From IMG/VR virus record IMGVR_UViG_3300028805_000073: DNA of 60,395 bases, one strand, 5' to 3'. A program made the translations under genes and the position numbers. Each line of letters opens with the position of its first letter. Within the stretch, counting starts at the first letter, position 1. This stretch comes from a virus. Taxonomy: Duplodnaviria; Heunggongvirae; Uroviricota; Caudoviricetes. Below the pieces are notes generated by a model, which worked only from the letters and a program-made list of their open reading frames with translations, was not told the origin of the DNA and ran no database searches. This document shows positions 55,259-60,395 of this stretch, one piece after another.

Positions 55259-55296
55259 GCGCTCATAGCTCAGTTGGTAGATGCACATGACTTTTA
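55259..55296 (+). pseudogene. Orphan 5' half of tRNA-Lys(UUU)
   Basis: GCGCTCA TA GCTCAGTTGGTAGATGC A CATGA CTTTTA, fused directly to the next tRNA. Confidence 0.7.
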
Positions 55297-55367
55297 GCTT
55301 CCAAAGCTTTAAGGTGAAGCACGAAACTTTTAATTTCGGGAACACGGGTCAGTACCGTGTGGAAGCA
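55297..55367 (+). tRNA. trnK: tRNA-Lys(UUU) with atypical T loop (GTCAGTA)
   Basis: GCTTCCA/TGGAAGC; CGAAA CT-TTT-AA TTTCG; CACGG/CCGTG. Confidence 0.8.
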
Positions 55368-55373
55368 CAATTT

Positions 55374-55499
55374 AAGTTACTTACAAAATTATTAATAATA
55401 TTATACTAAAATTAGTATCAATGGTTCGAATCCATTATTTTCCACCATATTTTTTGGGAGATTAGCATAGTGGTTTAATGCAATATTTTTAAGTAACTT
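55374..55499 (+). ncRNA. Y-like cassette 8: permuted tRNA elbow with internal ACCA and a G3.U70 pair
   Basis: AAGTTACTT/AAGTAACTT; T arm 55420-36; ATTTTCC-A-CCA (55437-47), linker, GGGAGAT (55456-62); GCAT/ATGC D stem. Confidence 0.8.
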
Positions 55500-55702
55500 T
55501 CTTCTATAAAAGAATATTTAACAAGACCCTCTAACTAAGGTGACAGGCTGCCTTAAGCAATGTAGGTGTACGCTAGCAATAATCCATACATTTCTAGGTG
55601 AGAGTAAATATAAAGTTGGTGCACAAGTGAAATTACTCTTAGAGCATTTAATACTAAATAAATTGGTTTAAATGTAATGTCAAAAAATATTCTTTTTAAT
55701 AT

Positions 55703-55775
55703 CACGGAGTGGAGCAGTTGGTAGCTCGCCAGGCTCATAACCTGGAGGTCGCACGTTCGAATCCTGCCTCCGTAA
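55703..55775 (+). tRNA. trnM: tRNA-Met(CAU), initiator-like (C1xA72)
   Basis: Cloverleaf with loop CT-CAT-AA and a C1/A72 mismatch. Only two of the three initiator G-C pairs are present in the anticodon stem. Confidence 0.85.
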
Positions 55776-55801
55776 CATAGCTTTCTTTTTTCTGACATAA
55801 T

Positions 55802-55908
55802 AAGATACTTACAAAACTAAAATGATGTTTAGTTCATTTGGTTAGAACGATTTCTTTTCAAGAAATAGTAACAAGTTCGATTCTTGTAATGTCAACCAGA
55901 AGTATCTT
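55802..55908 (+). ncRNA. Y-like cassette 9 enclosing a complete tRNA-Glu(UUC) (55823-55898, CCA end)
   Basis: AAGATACTT/AAGTATCTT flanks TGATGTT...ATTTC TT-TTC-AA GAAAT...AATGTCA-A-CCA. Confidence 0.8.
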
Positions 55909-55912
55909 AAAT

Positions 55913-55984
55913 CGTGGGTTCATCTAAGGGTTAGGATTGCAGATTTTCGATCTGCCCATACCAGTTCGAATCTGGTACCCATGA
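55913..55984 (+). tRNA. trnE: tRNA-Glu(UUC)
   Basis: CGTGGGT/ACCCATG; GCAGA TT-TTC-GA TCTGC. Confidence 0.85.
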
Positions 55985-56188
55985 CTTAGTCCGACTTTTT
56001 GGCAAAGTCGTTAAAGAAATGCACCACTGTTTAATAGTTTTGCAGTAAAGAACTATTCGTTGTAAGAGAGAAAATAACTCTTAGAATAAGCGTTAATGAT
56101 TCAAAAAAATTCCTAGATATTTTTTCTAGTAGAATCCTACATGGTTACAAATAATGACTAATAAAATAACATAAATGTAGGATTATTT

Positions 56189-56260
56189 GGGGTGTGTGAT
56201 GTAAAGGCTAACATATCATCCTTGCACGATGAATTTGCGGTTCGAATCCGACACACTCCA
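56189..56260 (+). tRNA. trnA: tRNA-Ala(UGC)
   Basis: G3.U70, A73; TCATC CT-TGC-AC GATGA. Confidence 0.85.
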
Positions 56261-56263
56261 CTA

Positions 56264-56347
56264 AAGATACTTACAAATACTTTTAATATTTTATTAGACA
56301 TCATATGTAGTATCAAGTTTATTAATCTTAATAATCTTAAGTATCTT
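56264..56347 (+). ncRNA. Y-like cassette 10 with Lys-UUU anticodon hairpin
   Basis: AAGATACTT/AAGTATCTT; AAATA-CTTTTAA-TATTT at 56275-91. Confidence 0.7.
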
Positions 56348-56352
56348 TTAAT

Positions 56353-57158
56353 GCTCCCTTAGCTCAGTGGATAGAGCAACTGCCTTCAGTATATTTCTGT
56401 GAAGAAATAAACAGGAGTGCTATGGCGAGAAATCCCATAGTAGAATCTCCCTAAAACGGTGGAAGTCCTAGTTAAAATTGAAGACCCTTAGTAGCCTATA
56501 GGCGAAAGTGGAATACGGCTTTAATGGCTTGCAGCAAACGTAAACTGCATCTGAAACAATAAGGAAGGATAATACCGTGCTAAATTGAGAAACAGTAGAA
56601 GTCCTTTTAATACTGATAATATAAATTCATTTGTATATAAAATTTATGTTAAGATAAATATAAAACTTTTGAATAAAATAGCGTCTTGGCTATATCCAAG
56701 CAATAATATCAGTAACACTAACCAATAATGTGTAAGGATGATTTAGTACAAATAGTTCAAATGGAAATAGAACGCTCATAAAAGTGTAGAGGATATAGAG
56801 GAGATATGAGGGAAATATATTGAATACCCTCACATTCTATTCAGACGTATCTGATAAGAATGCCTAAGTTGAAATTAGTGAGGGAAGGTCACAGTAGTCC
56901 TGTTATAAAACATCGGAAAACCTCCTTGCTTACTTGCAAGAATTTCAATATGGTAAAGATGTATTCCAGACCACAACAAACAAACAATCGCTGAGGGTAA
57001 CAGAGTGACTATCGTAGTTACAAGGCAAATCCTGTAAGTCAAAAGCCTAAGCCTTCTTAGGGATAAACATAAAATCGGAGGCTAAAATTTGTTTGGCTAT
57101 GGTAACATAGTGTGGTAAGCTAAGCAGTAGGTCACAGGTTCGAATCCTGTAGGGAGTA
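56353..57158 (+). tRNA. trnR: tRNA-Arg(UCU) split by a group I intron: join(56353..56386, 57120..57158)
   Basis: The spliced product has ACTGC CT-TCT-AA GCAGT, acceptor GCTCCCT/AGGGAGT, and canonical D and T arms. Confidence 0.9.
56387..57119 (+). mobile_element. Group I intron (733 nt, no ORF) after U34 of tRNA-Arg(UCU)
   Basis: CUU|C pairs with IGS GGAG through a U.G pair. The core is nearly identical to the 54507-54993 intron and ends in G. Confidence 0.9.
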
Positions 57159-57258
57159 CTATATTCAATACTAGATAAGAATCTCTTTTTTGTTTTGTTT
57201 TCATAGTATTAGTTCTATATAGAGAGTAATTCTAGTTAAACTCTCATTTCATAATAAT

Positions 57259-57372
57259 GAGATACTTACAAAATCATATTTTGTGAATTTTTAGCTCATT
57301 TGGTAGAGCGCACGATTTATAATCATGAGGTCGCCGGTTCAATTCCGGCAAAATTTATTTTATTAGTATCTC
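57259..57372 (+). ncRNA. Y-like cassette 11 enclosing a tRNA-Ile(UAU)-like cloverleaf (57285-57357)
   Basis: GAGATACT/AGTATCTC flanks a tRNA with loop TT-TAT-AA and an almost purely A-U acceptor stem. Confidence 0.75.
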
Positions 57373-57382
57373 TTTTTTATAA

Positions 57383-57456
57383 AGTCCTATAGTGTAGTGG
57401 TCAAACATATCTGATTTACATTCAGCAGATCCTTGGTTCGAATCCAAGTAGGACAA
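57383..57456 (+). tRNA. trnV: tRNA-Val(UAC)
   Basis: GTCCTA/TAGGAC; loop TT-TAC-AT; canonical T arm. Confidence 0.82.
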
Positions 57457-57557
57457 CGCTACAAACCACAGTGTATATATTAAAAGGGAAATTCAATCTT
57501 TTATAGATTGGGTTTCCCTTAATTTTTTTAATTGATAACAATAATTATTGAAAAAAT

Positions 57558-57989
57558 ATGAAACAAGAAGATAAACAACTATTATTGGTAGACCTTTGTG
57601 CAAGGTTGTCTTATGGGATAAAAGTAGACCATTTTGGCACAGTAAAAGAGTTTTTAGGAATCATTCCGTCCTCTGAGAATGTTATGGTTGGATATGACAT
57701 TAATGACTATGAAGATAGCATTATTGAAGATATTAAACCATATCTCCGTCCAATGTCTTCTATGACTGAAGAAGAAAGGTATGAAATTCAAGGAATATTA
57801 GGAAAAGATATTGAAATTATTGATGATTTTATCAATATTATTGATTCTTCAAGAAAAAGATTTTCATTTCTTGAACTGCAAGCAGTGTTTGATTGGCTCA
57901 ATGCACATCATTTTGACTATCGGGGACTTATAAACAAAGGGCTTGCGTTGGTAGCCCTTGAAGGAATGTACAACTTAAATGAAAAATAA
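57558..57989 (+). CDS. Hypothetical protein, paralogue of 59188-59607
   Basis: Shared DLCARL, KPYLRPMSSMT.EE and DWLNAHHFDYRGLI.KGLA motifs. Confidence 0.8.
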   Translation: MKQEDKQLLLVDLCARLSYGIKVDHFGTVKEFLGIIPSSENVMVGYDINDYEDSIIEDIKPYLRPMSSMTEEERYEIQGILGKDIEIIDDFINIIDSSRKRFSFLELQAVFDWLNAHHFDYRGLINKGLALVALEGMYNLNEK

Positions 57990-57991
57990 CT

Positions 57992-58384
57992 ATGATTACA
58001 GAAGATTATGTTAGTTTTGAAATAGCCAAACTACTGAAAGAAAAAGGATTTGATGAAAAACTATTTACTTGTTATGTTACTGATAAAGATAAAAAGGAAG
58101 GTTGTTTTCTAATAATGAGTTTTACTGATGATAAGATAGATAATAATCATAGTAACTTGTGTTATTCCGCTCCCACTCTTCAAATGACAATGAAGTGGTT
58201 GAGAGAAGTACATAATATTCATATCGACATCTGTTCTATTTGGGACGAAATTCATTGGCTTTATCAAGTTTTTGTTATTACGCCTAGAACTGCGCGTAAT
58301 TCTTATGTAGATAAAACACTGTATGTTTCTTATGAAGAAGCTTGTGAAGCAGCAATCAAATATTGTCTTGAAAATTTAATTTAA
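57992..58384 (+). CDS. Hypothetical protein, paralogue of 58387-58737
   Basis: Shared ITEDYVSF..A.LLKEKG, TLQM.MKWLREVHNI and EAAIKYCL motifs. Confidence 0.8.
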   Translation: MITEDYVSFEIAKLLKEKGFDEKLFTCYVTDKDKKEGCFLIMSFTDDKIDNNHSNLCYSAPTLQMTMKWLREVHNIHIDICSIWDEIHWLYQVFVITPRTARNSYVDKTLYVSYEEACEAAIKYCLENLI

Positions 58385-58386
58385 CT

Positions 58387-58737
58387 ATGGCATATATTAC
58401 AGAAGACTATGTTAGTTTTCAGACAGCAGAACTATTAAAAGAAAAAGGAATGGACATATCTTGTTTCAATCATTATGTACAAAAAAACAATAATAATGGA
58501 ACAAGTGAAGCGGTAACTGTTTGTACTCTTCAAATGGCGATGAAGTGGTTGAGAGAAGTGCATAATATCTTTATTGAAATCAGTGTAACTATAGACCTTA
58601 ATGGTAACTATCATTATCGTTATTCTATTCTTAATAAAGAATGCAAATATATAAGAAAAGGATACACTGATTTTGATTGGGACTATAATCAAGCTATTGA
58701 AGCAGCTATTAAGTATTGTCTAAAGAGCTTAATTTGA
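58387..58737 (+). CDS. Hypothetical protein, paralogue of 57992-58384
   Basis: Same shared motifs as 57992-58384. Confidence 0.8.
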   Translation: MAYITEDYVSFQTAELLKEKGMDISCFNHYVQKNNNNGTSEAVTVCTLQMAMKWLREVHNIFIEISVTIDLNGNYHYRYSILNKECKYIRKGYTDFDWDYNQAIEAAIKYCLKSLI

Positions 58738-58823
58738 AATAACTATGAATAGTAAAGATAGGCGTTGCAGAAATTGTGCAACTAAGTTATGTTGTTTTTG
58801 CTCTTATAATAAAAGAAATGATT

Positions 58824-59177
58824 ATGGCAACAATTAAGAAAGAAGAATATTACATTATAAATAACGGATTTGACTATTTGGGTAAACATTATGACTGCCA
58901 ATTTGCAATTAGGCGTGATGTTAAAATGATTCTACAAGAAGCAGAATCATCTCATAAAGATACTTTTGACGAACTTTATGATAAGAGTACATTAAGACCA
59001 GATAAGATTCGTATATATGTGGATGAGAATGATACACCTATTTATGGAATGATTATATATCTTATAGATTATAAAGAAGAATATAATAGTAGACAGGCTT
59101 GTGGTGGATACTATAGGTTTGAATTTGATAATTCAATGTTTTTACCACACCCATATCAAGAAAGCATCTGTTGGTAA
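58824..59177 (+). CDS. Hypothetical protein
   Basis: ATG-trimmed track ORF. Confidence 0.6.
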   Translation: MATIKKEEYYIINNGFDYLGKHYDCQFAIRRDVKMILQEAESSHKDTFDELYDKSTLRPDKIRIYVDENDTPIYGMIIYLIDYKEEYNSRQACGGYYRFEFDNSMFLPHPYQESICW

Positions 59178-59187
59178 TAAAATAACT

Positions 59188-59607
59188 ATGACACAAGAAG
59201 ATAAAGAACTGTTATTGAAAGACCTATGTGCAAGGTTGCTGTACAGTATTAAAGTGCACCATTATCAAGGAAGCAATTGTATATTGAAGTTCATAAATTT
59301 AATAACATATGCTGCTTATGTTGAAGTATATGACTGTATAGTATTTAAAGATTTTATTCAAGATGGACAAAGACGTATTTTTGAATATAAACCGTATCTT
59401 CGTCCAATGTCTTCAATGACAAAGGAAGAAAGAAATGAGTATGATTCAAAAAGAAAACATATTTGTGATGATTATAACCGTTATTGTTTTGATACTGTAG
59501 CGAGTATTGATTGGCTAAATGCTCATCACTTTGACTATCGTGGTTTGATAGAGAAAGGTCTTGCTATTGCAGTAACAGAAGAAAATAATCCTTATAAAGA
59601 AAAATGA
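59188..59607 (+). CDS. Hypothetical protein, paralogue of 57558-57989
   Basis: ATG-trimmed track ORF with the shared motifs. Confidence 0.8.
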   Translation: MTQEDKELLLKDLCARLLYSIKVHHYQGSNCILKFINLITYAAYVEVYDCIVFKDFIQDGQRRIFEYKPYLRPMSSMTKEERNEYDSKRKHICDDYNRYCFDTVASIDWLNAHHFDYRGLIEKGLAIAVTEENNPYKEK

Positions 59608-59960
59608 TAATGGAAAATATTTTACAAATACCAAGAATTACAAATACCACAATAAAATATTTTGTTGATGGTGAATTTATCGACAATGTGACCGTAGATG
59701 AGGTAAACAAAATTAGAGAAAATGTCTTGGAGTATATTATAGATACTAAGGATATTTCAATTCTCAATCGTTTCTATTTCATTGGTCACAAAGACACAAA
59801 TGACGGTAAGATGGGTGAAGAAGTAAAGATAACAATGGACAATTTTGGAAATCTTTCTGATTGTCCTTGGGAAATGACTCATGTACGTAGAAGTATGTAT
59901 CATCTTATGCAAATTGGTCGCAATCATTGTGAATTACTTAATAACTTTAATAATGACTAA
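59604..59960 (+). CDS. Hypothetical protein
   Basis: Track ORF of 118 aa. Confidence 0.7.
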   Translation: MIMENILQIPRITNTTIKYFVDGEFIDNVTVDEVNKIRENVLEYIIDTKDISILNRFYFIGHKDTNDGKMGEEVKITMDNFGNLSDCPWEMTHVRRSMYHLMQIGRNHCELLNNFNND

Positions 59961-59998
59961 TTACCAGAAGGTATGTATAATATATAGAATAAATAACT

Positions 59999-60373
59999 AT
60001 GGCAACAATTAAAGCATTTACAGACTTAGACCAGTCAAAGAAGTTGACAGTAATACTTCCGCTTGAAACTGCAGATATGCATTATGTACTTATTGATACT
60101 GATGAAAATAAATATGATGCAGGACTTGGTAAGTATATAGGAATTTTACCTTACTATCCTTGTTGGAGTCTTGCTGCATTATTTGACATCATTCCTAAAC
60201 GCATTAAGGATTATAATGTTTTACGAATTGATATTAATGAAAATGATACTGCCATATGGTATGATAAAATAGGTTGTGGAGTTAATAATGATTTACCTGA
60301 TGTAACAAAGGAATCTGCTATTGATTCTTGCTACGAAATGATTATTAAATTGAACGAACTAAATTTATTATAA
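59999..60373 (+). CDS. Hypothetical protein
   Basis: Track ORF of 124 aa with a PCWSLAAL motif. Confidence 0.75.
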   Translation: MATIKAFTDLDQSKKLTVILPLETADMHYVLIDTDENKYDAGLGKYIGILPYYPCWSLAALFDIIPKRIKDYNVLRIDINENDTAIWYDKIGCGVNNDLPDVTKESAIDSCYEMIIKLNELNLL

Positions 60374-60395
60374 ATATGTCTGTAGATGAATTAAT

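Noticed and set aside
51339-57372. GATACTTACAA repeats as a CRISPR array
   Set aside because: Spacing is irregular, each copy has its own complementary partner strand, the enclosed sequences are tRNA-derived, and no cas genes are present in the window.

Overview
This window is about 60 kb of a crAss-like (Crassvirales-type) phage, with a Bacteroidota host inferred from a TAnnTTTG promoter and A/C-rich leaders lacking Shine-Dalgarno sites. It has two halves. (1) Positions 1-39044 are mostly minus-strand virion, packaging and lysis genes: tail fibre/LRR adhesins, a 2256-aa tail protein, portal, terminase split by a group I intron carrying a LAGLIDADG endonuclease, amidase and a holin-like gene. 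In these genes TAG is read as Gln (code 15). The fragmented ORF track reassembles into intact genes once TAG is read through, and an amber-suppressor tRNA(CUA) with a Gln-type acceptor stem lies at 38591-38666. (2) Positions 39351-60395 are a plus-strand early region in the standard code. It holds small genes, a hammerhead ribozyme, several long structured non-coding blocks and a tRNA cluster with two related group I introns. The most unusual feature is a 616-aa TROVE/DUF2828-like vWA gene (49427-51277) followed by 11 small RNA cassettes closed by one conserved stem (GAT/GTTACTTACAA...AGTATC/AGTAAC), with a 12th copy over the gene's own start codon. The cassettes carry different tRNA-derived cargo: circularly permuted T-acceptor-D elbows, free Lys/His anticodon hairpins, or complete tRNAs. 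The layout resembles a divergent Ro60/Y-RNA system built as an array of tRNA mimics. All gene boundaries and RNA folds were derived by hand and no database searches were run. No major capsid, polymerase or RNAP gene is visible in the window.
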